Positions 9,901 to 22,000 of a stretch of DNA of 64,000 nt are shown piece after piece (position 1 is the first letter of the stretch; each line of letters starts with the position of its first letter). Source of the DNA: Neovahlkampfia damariscottae (lineage: Eukaryota); the NCBI GenBank assembly GCA_016618085.1, contig JABLTG010000017.1, positions 1-64,000 of the forward strand. Direction: 5' to 3'. The notes beneath the pieces are model-generated. The model had not been told where the DNA came from, ran no database searches, and worked only from the letters and a program-made list of their open reading frames with translations. The position numbers and the translations under genes are program-made.

Positions 9901-12900
9901 CTTCAGGTTCTGGTGATTCTTCAACAACTTCTGTTTCTATTTCTGTGGATTTTATAATTTCTACAGGTTTTTCTTCAACGAGAGGTTCTTTTTCAAGTAC
10001 TAAAGGTTTATCCTTAGTTTCTTCTTGTTGAATTTTGACAGCTTTTGGTTCTGAATGTTCAAATACTTCTGATTGAACAATTTCTTGAGGTTTTTCTTTT
10101 TCATCATATTCTGAAGGATCTTTCATTTCATCTGGAAGAATATTTTCTTTTGGAATAACTGGTTCTGTTTCTACCTTTGTAACAACTGTATCCTTTTCAA
10201 CAACATGTTCTTCAACAGGTTTTGTTTCAACTTCTTGAATTTCTTTCATCTTTTCAACAACTTCATCTTTTTGAACAACTTCTGAAATATTTTCTTCAAC
10301 AGGTTTAGTTTCAACATCTTTAACTTCTTGAATTTCTTTTATCTTTTGAACAACTTCTGGAATATTTTCCTCAACAGGTTTAGTTTCAACTTCTGTATTT
10401 TCCTCAACAGGTTTTGATTCAACTTCTTTAACTTCTTGAATCATTTCTGTTTCTTCCTTGTGAACGGTTTCCTTGTCAATAACATTTTCAACAACAGTAG
10501 TTGTTTCAGTAGCTTTAACTTCTTCTGATGTTTCTTCAGCTGTTACAGAGTTAACTGTTTTATCAACAACTACTTCTGGTGGTTCTTTTTCAACAACTTT
10601 TGATTTTAATTCTTCTTCCTTTATAAGAGTAGGTTGAAGTTTTCTAGCAATTACAGGATAAACATCTCTTTCATCAATTAATCTTTCCTTCATTTCTTCA
10701 TCAGTACAAGTGTCAATAGCAAAATCATAATCAGAAATTGACTCATCATACTTTTTTAAATGATAAAACGATTTTGCACGCATATAATAAAGTTGAAAAT
10801 TCTTAACCTTCTTCAAACAACTTGTAGCATACTTAACAGCAGATTCATATTCTTGGAGTTCAAAATAACAAGAAACTTGTGAAAGTGAATTCTTCTTGAA
10901 TGAATTAGGATCTAGTTGTTCACATTTTTCAAAATCAAAAATAGCATTTTCATAATCTTTAATATACTTGTAACAAAGACCTCTAGTTGAATAAGCACGT
11001 ATATTTTCAGGTTGATAATTCAAAATAACAGACATATCTATTATACACTTTTCATATTGTTTGATATTGTAATAGACAACTCCTCTGTTAAAAAAAACTT
11101 GATTCATGTTTGGATTAAGTTCCAGAGCCTTTGTGTAATTCTGTAAAGCTTTTTCATACTCTTTTTTTTTGAAAGATGTTGTGGCAATAGAAAAATGTTG
11201 TTTAGCTTTTTCTTCATCAAATCCTTTTCCTGTTTTTTTAATTCTTTCAATTTCTTCAAAAGTGTCTTTTTTTAATTTCTCAATTTCTTCCTGCTTTTGT
11301 TTTCTTGCTTTTAACTCTGTTGATAATTGTTGCTTTTCTTTTTCACTCATAAGAGCAGCTCCACGAGATTTTCTTTCTTCATTTTCTTTTCTAATTTTCT
11401 CTTCAGCATCATATTTTTTCTTATGTGCAAGAGCTTTATCATGAGCTTCTTTTTCCTTTCGATCAATTTCAGCTTGTTTTAAAACTTCAAGTTCTTGATT
11501 TTTCTTTTCATTTTCTGTTTTCTTTTTATCTTCATCTTGTTTAAGTTTTTCAAGTCTTTCACTTTCCAACCTTGTTTCTCTTTGTTTTTTTAATAAATCA
11601 AACTCTTGTTGTTCTTTTTCTTTTTTCAAACGTAACTTTTCTTCTCTTTCTTTTTCTAATGAAGCTTTTTGTGATTCAGGTGAAAATGGATCAGCAAGTT
11701 GTTTTTTTGTCTGAGTTTGGTTTGCAATAGTTGAATTTTGATTTAATTTATTTTGTCTTTTTAATAATAACTGTTGTTTTGCTTCTTCTTTTTTTCTTTT
11801 TTCTTCTTCAATTTCAAGTTTAATTCTTTCTTCTTCAATTCTTTTTTCTTCAGCTATTCTTTCTTCTTCTTGTTTGATTTCATTTTGAATTCTGAGTTCT
11901 TCAGCAAGTCTTTCTTCTTCAATTCTTTTTTCTTCAGCAAGTTCTTGTTGTCTTTTTTGTTCAAGTATTTCTTCACGTTGTTTTTTTTGTTCTTTTGCTT
12001 TTTGAATTTCCAATTCTTTAGCTTGTTGTAACTCTAATTCTTTTTGTTTTTTTTCTCTTTCAAGTTTTTCTTCTTCTTCTTTTAATTGAAGTAAAAGTTG
12101 TCTTCTATTTTCATTGTTACGTTTTCCTTGAGTTCCGACAGCAGAACGAGTACGTGATTTACCAACAAAAGTATCAGCACCTACCCTATTTCCAAAAGGT
12201 AATTGTGGACTATTTGAACCAAAAGGACTTCCTGTATCTGTAGGTGTATCACCTGAAGTTGAAATTGGACTTTGACCTTCCTCTTCAGTTAACTCTTTCA
12301 TACGTTGTTGTCTAATACTTTGTCTAATATTAAGTCTTTTTCTTTCACTTATTGAAACATCTTTTTTTGGTTCTTCAAGTTCTTTTGAAGGTGTGAAAGA
12401 AATATCAATAACAGCTAATTTTCTTGGACTTTGTTTTCTCTTTTCTTCTGGTTTTGTAATACTTTGTTCTTTTGAAATTTCATTCAAATCTAATTCTTTT
12501 ACTTCTTTCATTCTTTGATTTCGAATGTTTTTTCTTTCATTTTCTGTTTCAATTTCTTTAACTGAAAAATCTCTTAAATTCAAATTTTCATCATAAGTTA
12601 TATTTTGTTTGATGATTGATTCTTTCTTTTTCTTTTTCATTTTTTTCTTTTCTTCCTTTACTTTTTGTTGTTCTTGTTTTAACATGAGAGTGGCATTTCT
12701 AAGTCTTGCTTGTTTTCTTTTTAATTCTTCTGCTGTTAAATGTTGAGTATTTTTTGTTTGTTGTTGTTGTTGTTGTCTTGGTGATGACATTAGAGATACT
12801 TGCTTTGGGTTTTGTAAAGAAACTGTTTCTTTTTCTTTTTGAACAACAAGTGGTGTTGAATTTTCTGAAACTGCAGGAAGTGATGAAGTTGAATCAGTTG

Positions 12901-13648
12901 TATTAGATTTACCACCTGATTTTGCAAAACTTCCAATTCTAAGTAAATTACCTCCACTCTGAGTATTTTTTAAAATTTTCTTCTTTAGAGAAACAACAGC
13001 AACTTTAGGTTTTTGATTTAAAGTCAAAGTACCTGATTTACTACCAATTGAAGCCTTTGGTTTTGGTGAAGTTACAGATGAAGTTGATTCTTGGCTTGAG
13101 TTTGAGTTTGGTTTCAACTCTTTTTCTTTTGTTTCAATAAATAAAATGAGTTCTGAAATTTTTTGACCTATTCCAACATTACCTTTTCTTCCACGTGTAA
13201 CTGTAGTCAATTCTTCTTTCGCTATTTTTAAAACAGTTTCATCAACTTTGAAGTGATTCACTAAAAGGTGATTTTTCTCGTATACAATATTCAAATCACT
13301 TTTTCTTTTGCTTAGTATTTTGACATAATCTCGAAGTGCTTTATCATACATTTTTAAATTTTTATGATACAATTCAGCTCGACGGTACAAACAATCAATC
13401 ATGTCAGGATTAATTTCAACCGCTTTTGAGAAGTCAGCAACTGATCTTAGATAATAATCTTTTTGATCTATAGCTTTTTCAACTTGAGCTCCAAGAGATT
13501 TTAAACACATGGCGCGTCCATAGAAATGTTTGTCAGAAGCATCTGTTTTTTCAATAATCTCGTTATAACATTGCAAAGATTGTTTATATTCTTTTTTCAC
13601 AAAGTGATCTGTTGCTTTTTTGTAAAGAGCATTAGCCTCCAGAGACAT
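6932..13648 (-). CDS. 2238 aa intronless protein: two TPR clusters, coiled coils, E/V/K/P-rich repeats, SHOCT-like motif, polyproline, WH2-like and acidic tail
   Basis: Long ORF with TPR consensus (e.g. ALQNYTKALELNPNMNQVFFNRG), KALERLKDKGFITDSEFEVKK, PPPPPPPP, DLMSQLANKKLNKT and a terminal DISDDDSDNSFDSD. Confidence 0.85.
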   Translation of the reverse strand: MSLEANALYKKATDHFVKKEYKQSLQCYNEIIEKTDASDKHFYGRAMCLKSLGAQVEKAIDQKDYYLRSVADFSKAVEINPDMIDCLYRRAELYHKNLKMYDKALRDYVKILSKRKSDLNIVYEKNHLLVNHFKVDETVLKIAKEELTTVTRGRKGNVGIGQKISELILFIETKEKELKPNSNSSQESTSSVTSPKPKASIGSKSGTLTLNQKPKVAVVSLKKKILKNTQSGGNLLRIGSFAKSGGKSNTTDSTSSLPAVSENSTPLVVQKEKETVSLQNPKQVSLMSSPRQQQQQQTKNTQHLTAEELKRKQARLRNATLMLKQEQQKVKEEKKKMKKKKKESIIKQNITYDENLNLRDFSVKEIETENERKNIRNQRMKEVKELDLNEISKEQSITKPEEKRKQSPRKLAVIDISFTPSKELEEPKKDVSISERKRLNIRQSIRQQRMKELTEEEGQSPISTSGDTPTDTGSPFGSNSPQLPFGNRVGADTFVGKSRTRSAVGTQGKRNNENRRQLLLQLKEEEEKLEREKKQKELELQQAKELEIQKAKEQKKQREEILEQKRQQELAEEKRIEEERLAEELRIQNEIKQEEERIAEEKRIEEERIKLEIEEEKRKKEEAKQQLLLKRQNKLNQNSTIANQTQTKKQLADPFSPESQKASLEKEREEKLRLKKEKEQQEFDLLKKQRETRLESERLEKLKQDEDKKKTENEKKNQELEVLKQAEIDRKEKEAHDKALAHKKKYDAEEKIRKENEERKSRGAALMSEKEKQQLSTELKARKQKQEEIEKLKKDTFEEIERIKKTGKGFDEEKAKQHFSIATTSFKKKEYEKALQNYTKALELNPNMNQVFFNRGVVYYNIKQYEKCIIDMSVILNYQPENIRAYSTRGLCYKYIKDYENAIFDFEKCEQLDPNSFKKNSLSQVSCYFELQEYESAVKYATSCLKKVKNFQLYYMRAKSFYHLKKYDESISDYDFAIDTCTDEEMKERLIDERDVYPVIARKLQPTLIKEEELKSKVVEKEPPEVVVDKTVNSVTAEETSEEVKATETTTVVENVIDKETVHKEETEMIQEVKEVESKPVEENTEVETKPVEENIPEVVQKIKEIQEVKDVETKPVEENISEVVQKDEVVEKMKEIQEVETKPVEEHVVEKDTVVTKVETEPVIPKENILPDEMKDPSEYDEKEKPQEIVQSEVFEHSEPKAVKIQQEETKDKPLVLEKEPLVEEKPVEIIKSTEIETEVVEESPEPEDKVEEAVEPKTEIIIEETAKEVVKVPEPVVESPEPVVEPQDEVVAKFEPESVVEEVKPEPIVEKVKEPVITVKPEVVEPTVEETKEIPNPIEIVNKIEQVITQPEVVQPKEIVKEKSEESKIEEEDKEMDDMLSAFMDDDEEEVEEDKPKKSKKPIGGMGMPGMPGGMKNFMAQIALEARNKSQELKTPTLSAEEQQKKEEEKKKKQQEEEEKKRIDEEKKKQQEAIKEAEKKALEIEKENLNNIQKEKEKIHQQFLEKTKQEEQLHQDKEKELKNKKEQLHQLNDLEEKESLEKLKIIKERLQKNQIRRIDEIKKLSEKLIAIREAIEELENQEYCLEDTVRDSLMTKEEKEEKIRRETEEEENELSSMTAFSQDSVNSQQKDNSMKKYDDLFESDEEDDSEVDSDEEAMKEEEEALAEELRLLEEEEKLIAEQLRLQEEESNETQAEIDSLTVEIKKLKKIKDSLLSFAPNEDQIRILEDDEKQRELDLLKDLDADSEEDRLMNLMYDLYDQKMRIEEQVEELKSITGRSSEIEETEEDLKCLEEEEKLKKELEKEKIFKQKLEEERNLILNKISELKIKQKNLEDEIEQQKKYEQDETLEQEKLVIKEEEIKNQFSEKRKTIENDTANEIIELENKKAKMIEKQQEEKIKKEQLLIDSLTASPNLSEATSPVSPSQIRKDFSTTSSPNRSANSSPIPMSTKSLDVGKTDYSKREPRSPRRNYTKTTSKTSTSSTGGDKTENKEYNKKMKALERLKDKGFITDSEFEVKKENLRAEFFPSGNGSPSNETPTEEEKTTPEPKKAVSGWGLAASSIRKFNLSDYRAQELKKSEELEEKMKKMKDEVKDVKKAPVVDLSKAPPPPPPPPSASSFKGKSTGTKTPLSLNGGFGSGNDSGDLMSQLANKKLNKTNVNDTPSGSLPNVSKSNTTEITSETLAKHKLKDNRHVDRSSIPTQKKERTLFDIIQDHRKDVALDISDDDSDNSFDSD
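10200..10445 (-). repeat. Imperfect coding repeat (EIQEVKxVETKPVEENI) within the TPR protein
   Basis: TTCAACAGGTTTxGTTTCAAC-type units recur about five times. Confidence 0.75.
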
Positions 13649-13954
13649 GTTTGTTTCTCTTTACTTAAAACAAAATTGTGATTGGTCAAATTCTCTTCCA
13701 AAAAGAAAACTAAAAAATGATCAATAGATAAGTTTTTATTTGAAAAATAAGAGAATATACTCGAAGAAGGTTGTTTATCATCAACCAATCATTTTTGGTT
13801 CTTTTTTTTTTTTGACCATTCAACAACCAAATGTTAAACTGAAACCTTGGCTAACAAAAAATTTATTGATAAGTTGAATAAACAATTAAATTGTGCACAC
13901 TACAAAAATCAATCACTTTTTTCAACCAATCATCATACTCAAAGGAAAAACAAA

Positions 13955-14544
13955 ATGAGTGAAGAATTAACAGTACAACAAAAAAAAGGCAAATAAAAAA
14001 CAAAAATTAAAAAACACTAGAATTTCAAGAGGCTTTTAATTTATTTGATCAAAATGGTGATGGTGATATTTCAGTTGAAGAATTAAAAATTGTATTTTCA
14101 AACATTGGTAAAAAAACAAAGAAAAAAACTAATTTTAAAAGGACATGAACCAACAGATGAAGAATTAGAAAATATGTTAAACGAAGTTGACAAAGATGGA
14201 AACGGAAAAATAGATTTTGATGAATTTTGTCAAATTATGAAATCCAAAATGGTAAGAAGAAGATTTTTTTAAAAAAAAAAAAACAGTCAACTGAAGATCC
14301 AAGAACTATTCTTCAAAAATATTTTAATGATTTTGACAAAAATAAAGATGGTTTTCTCACTTCAGAAGAATTAAAAGCTGTAATGAAAACTATTGGAGAA
14401 GAATTAACAGATGACGAAGTAATTTTTTTTAATTTATTTATTTAGAAATAGGTTGATGCTATGATTCAATATGCTGATAAAGACGGAGATGGAAAAGTTG
14501 GTATTGAAGATTTTTTTTCTGTTATGTCCTCAATATCAAATTAA
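13955..14544 (+). CDS. Calmodulin-like EF-hand protein 1 (4 introns, first is GC-AG)
   Basis: EF loops [48 protein letters not shown]. Confidence 0.9.
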
Positions 14545-14657
14545 TCTCAAAAAAACTCAACACCCAATGGGTGTAGTGTATTAATAACAAATTTTTAATT
14601 TTGCTCATTTTACTGATTTAATTTCCGTTAGCCAATAAAAACAACAAACCAACCAAA

Positions 14658-15166
14658 ATGTCTCAACTCACTGAAGAACAAATCGCACAATATAAACATC
14701 AATTCGGAATTTTTGATGTTGATGGAGATGGAAGAATAACCTTAGATGAATTAAAACTTGTTTTTAATAATTTGGGTTTTTCAAAGTAAATTCATTTTTA
14801 AATTTTGTTTTTAGGTCAAAACGTTAGTGAATCTGAAATAAAAAATATGCTTAATGAAGTTGATACTGATGGAAATGGTACAATAGAATTGGAAGAATTT
14901 GTAACTTTAGTTGGACGTCTCGGTTTAGACGACGAAAGCAACACAAAAGCTGCTTTTGAATATTTTGACAAAGATGGGAATGGATTTATTGACCAAGAAG
15001 AACTAAAAGAAGTTATGAAATCAGTTGGTCAAAAATTGACAGACAAACAAGTTCGTATTTTTTCACTAAATTCATTTTTTGAAAGATTAAAGAAATGATG
15101 AAACAAGCGGATACTGATGGTGACGGAAAGATCAATTATCAAGAATTTAAAAATATGATGCAATAA
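14658..15166 (+). CDS. Calmodulin-like EF-hand protein 2 (2 introns)
   Basis: [13 protein letters not shown] start; loops [48 protein letters not shown]. Confidence 0.9.
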
Positions 15167-15187
15167 ATTTTTTTGTTGGAATTTTTT

Positions 15188-17812
15188 TTAATCTTCTTCA
15201 AATTCTAAATGTTGTTTTAATTTTGAAATTGTTTTTTTTGTTTCTTTGTTTGTTGTTTTGGATGATATCCAAATTAATAATTCAACATCTCTTTCTGAAA
15301 AAGCTATTTCAATTGCTTCTTTAAACATTCTGATTTCAACATAAGCTTCAACCATTTCTTTGATATTTGTCAATTTAGGAATATATTTCATGCATTCTGA
15401 TGATTTATTTTTTTCCAAGCAAATATCAACAAAGGGAGAATAACCGATTGGTGAATCTATTGAGATTTTTTCAATTTCCAACCATTCCTCAATTTTTGAA
15501 TACGCTTGTAATTGAATCCAACAAAACCTTTGAATGAATAAAAATAACTAAATTTACTTTTTATCAGAAATTTCAAATTCATTTTTGATTTGAAAAGCAA
15601 TCTCCTTTTGTTCAAATATAAAGCACAAATAAACAGTTTCATGAACCGTTTTTTTTGAAAACAAATCTTTTCCCATGATTTCATTCAAATTTTGTTGTTG
15701 TTCAAAAAGTTTAATTTGAGAATTGATACACTGTAAAGAGATTTAATTGATCAATGAGTTACATGTTCTTCAAATTTCGAATTTGATTTTTCAAAATTTC
15801 TTTTGATTTCTTGGGAAGCTAAAGAATTTCCTTTCAAATATAAATAAGCAACAGAATCATATTCACCAATACTATTGAAAAAATTAATCAATTTCTTTTG
15901 TTTTGATTGGTTCAATTTAATAAAAAATCTCTTTGCATCTTCAACATTATCCAATAAAGCAAAGAATTGTGATTGATTCAAATTCTTTTCTAAAAATTCA
16001 ATTACATGACCAACTTGATAATTAGATTCTCTTAATACTTACTTGCTCTAGAATTCTTTTTCTCAGTTGATTTGATCAAAGCTAACGCGTATTCTTTCAT
16101 TTCAATCAATAGAAAAATTTGTTTTTTTAAATTTATTTCATGATTCAATATCTAAAGAAAGTTAAGTTATACTTTTCTTTCACTTTTAATGATAATTCTT
16201 TTTTTCCAAATTCAAATGAAGCTTTTGAAATTTTTGAAAAATCAATTTCCCCTTGAAGAGATTTTGAAATAATTTCTTGATATATTTCGTCATCATCTGC
16301 ATCAGATTTGATAAAATTACATGCCCAATCAACTACAACTTCAGAATTAGAACATCCCCAAAAATTTGTTAGAAAGCAAGCTGAATTGTATTCTCTTCTT
16401 GAAATCAATCTTTTCAAAATGAAAGATGAATTGATTAACTGATACCTTTGATGAAATGAATAATTTTGAATTCGATTTACTGTTGATTTGTTATAGGAAT
16501 TCCAAATTTTTTGTGTCTCAATGAGTTCAACAATCGGATTCTATTGCAAAAATCAATGAAATAAACATGTGGATATTCATCATAAAAACCTTTCCCAAAT
16601 ACACAAGCATCAAATATTTCTTTTTGATTCTCAAGATTCATTTCATTTAATGAACATTCAAATAAATCATCAATAGCTCTCTTTATTGTTCCATCTTTGA
16701 TCAAATGTTGTATTTTTTGAATTGAAGCGATATCATGATTTTGATATTGTTTGAATGAGTGAAACAAAATTGAAGCAGGAGTATCAATTTCCTTTTCAAT
16801 TTCTAAATTCACTCCTCAAAAACATTTAAGAATTTGAGTTACTTACTTGGTATTGGATAAAATATTTGAAGTTGGGAATTCGACAACACTCTAATACATT
16901 TTTCGTCTTTTAATATCACGGATTTTTTTTCCGTTTGAAATTGCTCAATTTCTGTATTTGGATGAACAAACATCAAAATTCCATTTCTGAAAAACAGTAC
17001 AATCACATCAGTTTCAAAAAAAGTCAAAGTTTGCAAAGGTGAATCGATATCAATTGGAATTTGTGTTGGCTTTGTGTGAAATTCAGTATTCCAGACAAAC
17101 AACTGTGAATTCTGACAATAGGCCGCAAACTGTTTTTCATCTTCTGAAACGGCAAAATGAGTAAATTCTTGAGGTCCTAATTCCTAATTCAAAGATCAAT
17201 CAAGAGTTGAATATTACCAATTCTTTACAATCTTCATTTTTCATCATATAGATTGACGAGTAGTTAGTGAACAACATGATGAAATGGTCTTTCTTGAATA
17301 CACAAGAAATTTCGTTCGGGATTTGCTTGAATTTCAGTTCACCATGATAAATACTTTGAGGAAGATCCAAGTTATTGATTGAAAACACTTTATGATCATT
17401 TCTAAAAATTAACATTCTGTGGTTGATTTTCTTCACAACTAAAATTCTTTCTGCAACTCTTTCATCTGAAAAAATCTGAAATTTGTTGATCAAAGTACCA
17501 AAAATATCCAACACAAAATAGTTTCCAATTCTATTAAAATCAGGTTTTCTGATTCTCTTACTTTGTGATTACAATCAATTTGTTACTTTCATTAAAATCG
17601 ATAAAAACAATTTCTCCTTTTTCTTTGTCATTGTTCCATTGGAATTTCTGAATAAATTTCCCATTTTGAGAGAAAATTGAAATCCAATGATCATCACTTG
17701 AAAAACAACAAATATCACCTCCAAAAGAACTACAACTGACAACTAAATCAATAAAAACAAAATTCAAATCCGAATAAATCACTTCAGTCCCAATTACCAA
17801 ACGTTCTTTCAT
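15188..17812 (-). CDS. VPS16: Vacuolar protein sorting 16 (HOPS/CORVET subunit), multi-exon
   Basis: N-terminal SCSSFGGDIC, middle AIDDLFEC...QKEIFDACVFGK and RLLNSLR...GIPIT, C-terminal SPIGYSPFVDIC...KYIPKL. Many short introns; exon boundaries not all resolved. Confidence 0.8.
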
Positions 17813-17870
17813 CTTCAAAAAAAAAAATAAATCTGAGGTTCAGAATCAATTATTTTGATTTTTACTATTT

Positions 17871-18858
17871 TTAGAATATAGATTTTATTTTTTCCAAACA
17901 TAACTCAAAAACATGTTCCATATCTTCCAATTGATTTTCAGGTAAAAATCCAGATGAACAGTCATTAATTTCTAAAATGAAATATTCATCATTTTTTGTA
18001 TGGACAGCATCAACTGTTAAAATATCTAAACCACCAAAAATTTTTGAGCATTCATCAATCCAGAATTTAAATTGTGATTCCATTTTAATAGGTTCAACAA
18101 TTGAATTTCCAACATTTGTTTTCCAATTTCCAACCATGGATATTCTTTTATAAGCTCTGTAATGTTTACCAATTTTTTGAATTCTAATATCGTAGTCTCT
18201 ATTTTCAATAAATTTTTCTACAGTTACATAATCATCATAAACAGTTAAAATAGATCCTAAATCACTTAATTGTTTGGTGTCGTAAATTTTCATTTTTCCA
18301 AAACCTGCTTCAAAACTTCCAACTTTCACAACAACTGGAAAATCTGGTGTAAATTGTATACTTTTTGTTTCTGAATAGTAATTCATTTGAATTAATGGAA
18401 ATTTCTTCTTTCCATGTTTTTTTTCAAGTTGTTTCATTTTTCCAATGACATGAGCTCTTTCTTGTCCATTTATCAATGAGTCAACTGAATTAACACATGG
18501 GACATTTGCAAATGAAAATCCATATAATATATTTCTCCAATCTTGTCCAGGTTTTATTCCTTGAACAAGACCTCTGATTAACACAAAGTCAGGTTGGAAG
18601 TATCTTGGTTTGTGTTGGTTTGTATTTTTTTGTGGGGTTTTATTTGGTTTTATGGATAGAATTACATTTGATGAATCATAGAAAGCTTCTAAATTTAGTT
18701 GACTCCTGTTGAATTTATTCCATTTATTTTTGTTACCATTCTGCTTGATCCACAATGAATTTAAATCCATTTTTTTCTTGATGTTCTTCAAATACTTTTG
18801 TCCAGTCATGTCTGTCGTGGTCAATTACCAACACTTTTATTTCTTTCATTTTGCTCAT
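17871..18858 (-). CDS. Synapsin-like ATP-grasp protein, 2 exons
   Basis: Exon 1 KVLVIDHDRHDWTKVF...VDQAEW; then FQPDFVLIR, PCVNSVDS, FPVVVKVG, YDIRIQKIGKHYRAYKRIS, NWKTNVG, FGGLDI, all matching the synapsin C domain. Confidence 0.88.
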
Positions 18859-19001
18859 GACCACCAGTTATTGGTTCGGAGAATTTTGAGATTAAAAATA
18901 TATTTTCCTTTGCTTTTTTGATGAGTCGTGGATTTTTTTCTTATTTCTTAATTTTTATTATCAAAGAAAAACTATTGGTCAATTAACATCAACAATTTTC
19001 A

Positions 19002-22000
19002 ATGTCGATTCCATGGGTAGATTCTGAAGATGATCTCTCTAGTTTGGACTTAGACAACGCTTCTTCTTCTAGATATTACACAAAAGAAGAAGCTTCACAT
19101 GTTTTTTTATTTTGCACTAACCATCTGATGTTTCAACAAGCAGAAGTTTTAGAATGGCAACTGTTCAGATTAAACTCCATTGTTAAAGTATTAAAAATAT
19201 ATCAGTATAACATTTTAGATTGACGAAAATGAAAAACACAAAGTAACAAAAATAATTTCCATTTCAACAAATCACAACTTGAGATTGTACAAAAATGCGC
19301 TTACAGTTCATGATAGTCTGGCTCCTCAAATGTCAGTACCAAAACCAAATTACACTGGAAATTTCAATTTTCAATATAGTTCACCAACCAGAGAGAATTT
19401 TGTTATACCATCTGCTACTTCACTTTCCAACTCACTGTCAACCTCATTTGAAAATATGACTTCATCAGGAAAAACTCCTGGTAGTAATTATCAAGATACA
19501 AATGTAGCTTCAGCTGTACTATTGCCAACAACTTCTGTTCACGTTTTATTTTCAAAATATAATGTGGTTGTATCTGTAGATGTTTCACCATCCATGAGTG
19601 TTGTAGATCCAGATTCTGGTGATATACCATTAGACAGTAAGAATCATGAAATAATTAATCGCCAAAAAAACCTGTAGGAGCTTATATGGTTTTTCAAAAA
19701 TTAATGGATGCATTATCACAACCAATACAAGTTCCAGAATCAAAAATTGAAGTAATTACAAACAAAAAACAAAAATAACCCTCATAGTTTTTCCCTGATA
19801 TTTATGTTACGGTAATAGCTCAAGGTTCTTTGGTTAAACCATTGATTACAATTTGTCAAGATGTTTTGGTTACAAAAGACACTTTGAAAACTTTTTTGAA
19901 ACAAGTAACAGAAGGATTTGAATATATTGAAGAAAAAATGTCACAATTAAAAAAAATGCCACCTCCAAAATGGTACAAATCTTCATTTAATGATTATATT
20001 GAAAATGCGATTTTATCTTATGAATTCATGCAACGAGATGCAACACCTATTTTAGTTTTAATAACCGATGGCATTTTTAATGCTTTGAAAATCAATGATT
20101 CTTTGAGAAGATTAAAAGAAAATGATATTTCATTTGGTATTATCAGTGTCATTTCAAAAAAACAAAAACCAATTTCATTCGGTCATATTTTCAATCAAGG
20201 TTTCATTTTATTCAATATTAATTATTCTTCAGATTATTTAGAATTCATGGTGAAATCATTGGATGGAACACTTTTTAAATGGTCTTTTTTCAATGATGCA
20301 GATGAGATTAGAGAAAAAGAACAAAGAAAAACAACAATAAAATTTCCAAAGAATGATAAATTAGAAGATGAAGCAATGAAATTTGAATCTAATATTAATC
20401 TAAATAGAAAGAAATTAATACATTATGCATTACTATTCAAATCATCACCAGTGAATGTTGTTGATCGTGAAATGTTATCACAGACATTAGTTTATACACC
20501 TCAAAAAACAGTCTCAAATTATGACTTGGCCAAGATTACAGAATACAGAATCAAAGGAGTTGAATTTGAAAATCTTTTGAAAATGAGAATATTGGAAGGT
20601 TTCTTTATTGAAGGAATTGGTTTTGGTACAGATGAAAATTCACCTAATCACATTCAGATGAAGTCTTATTTTTTACCAAATGTCATATTGAAATATACCA
20701 TGACGGTTGTAAATACAAAAGAATCAAAAATACAAACTGAAAGATCAAGTATTTTTTTGATTAATATTGAAGTCACATTACATGCTCCAAAAGTTTTTAT
20801 TGAATCATTTTTAGAATTTAAGAAACAATACGTTCCAGGATCAAAAAATGAAAAAGATGTTAATTCAAACATTATGCAATATGTGTTGAGTATTTCTTAT
20901 GCAGATCATGCAGTTGTTAAATGTAGACAAATTTCAAGTTCAGATTTGTATTCAATTTCAATGAATATGGATTATTTAAAATTCATGGCAGAAATATCTA
21001 ACAAAAAAGGTGATTATTTCAGAGAAGAATCGATTGTTTGTATTGTTCATGAATTTCCAAAAAATACTCAATATCAACAAATAGGTGACTTGTTGGTCAA
21101 AGATTTATATGTTGGAAATAAAATCTCACAAAAAAATGAATACGAAGTTATTTTATCAAAAATGATTGAAAGAGTGACTTCAACTACAAAAGTAAAGAAG
21201 AATTTGTATCTTGCAATATTACCCGATTCAGAAGAAGACTTAGACTCCTTGGAAAGAATAGTAATGCAAAATTTTGATTAAATTTTTGTTTTTTAGGATG
21301 ATTATGACTATGATGGATTTTGTTTGATTAGAATTGAATGGATTTCAACCACATTAGCTAAAATCAAACTTTGGTTCTACAATGTTCCATCACCTCATCG
21401 TATTGTTTTCACAACAAATGTTTCAGATGCTTTGAAAGATTGTTCATTTAACAATAGTACAAAAATCAATCATGATGCCGTTTATACATTTTCAGCTAAT
21501 CCAGTGATTTCAAAAATCATTGTTAGATTACCATATTCTAATGATACACTTGAAGCATATTACAAACATTTATATATGAAAAAACCAAACTATGTTTCAT
21601 TTTTACATCATGAAAGAATGCTTTGGGATTTAACAGATGTAGAAGATGTCATTATTCCAATGCTTTCATTAATTTTTTCTCAAAGAAATCTTGAAGGTTT
21701 TACTGCATTATCTTACAACCATACACCTTTATTTTACAGAATTATTGAAATGAGAAGTATCAAAAATGAATTGGAAATTTCATTTTCAAAAGAAACACAA
21801 AAGAAAGGAAATGAAGTTGTTGTGAAATCGTTTTTATTTTACAATGTTCATTATTTAGCAAAAAGTCAAAAATTAATCATTGAATTATTTATGGAACCAC
21901 AAGATGGTTTCATAAGATCAAATGGAAAAAATATAAAAACTAGAGTGATCTTTGAACAAATTCAAGAATATTTGAAATCTGTTGATACAGACATCATTTC

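Noticed and set aside
7068..12906. Many plus-strand Phe/Ser/Leu-rich ORFs
   Set aside because: Antisense shadows of the Glu/Lys-rich 2238 aa gene.
15188..17818. Fragmented ORFs suggesting frameshifted pseudogenes or an alternative genetic code
   Set aside because: Breaks coincide with ~30-40 nt GT-AG introns; long intronless ORFs use the standard code with TAA, TAG and TGA stops.
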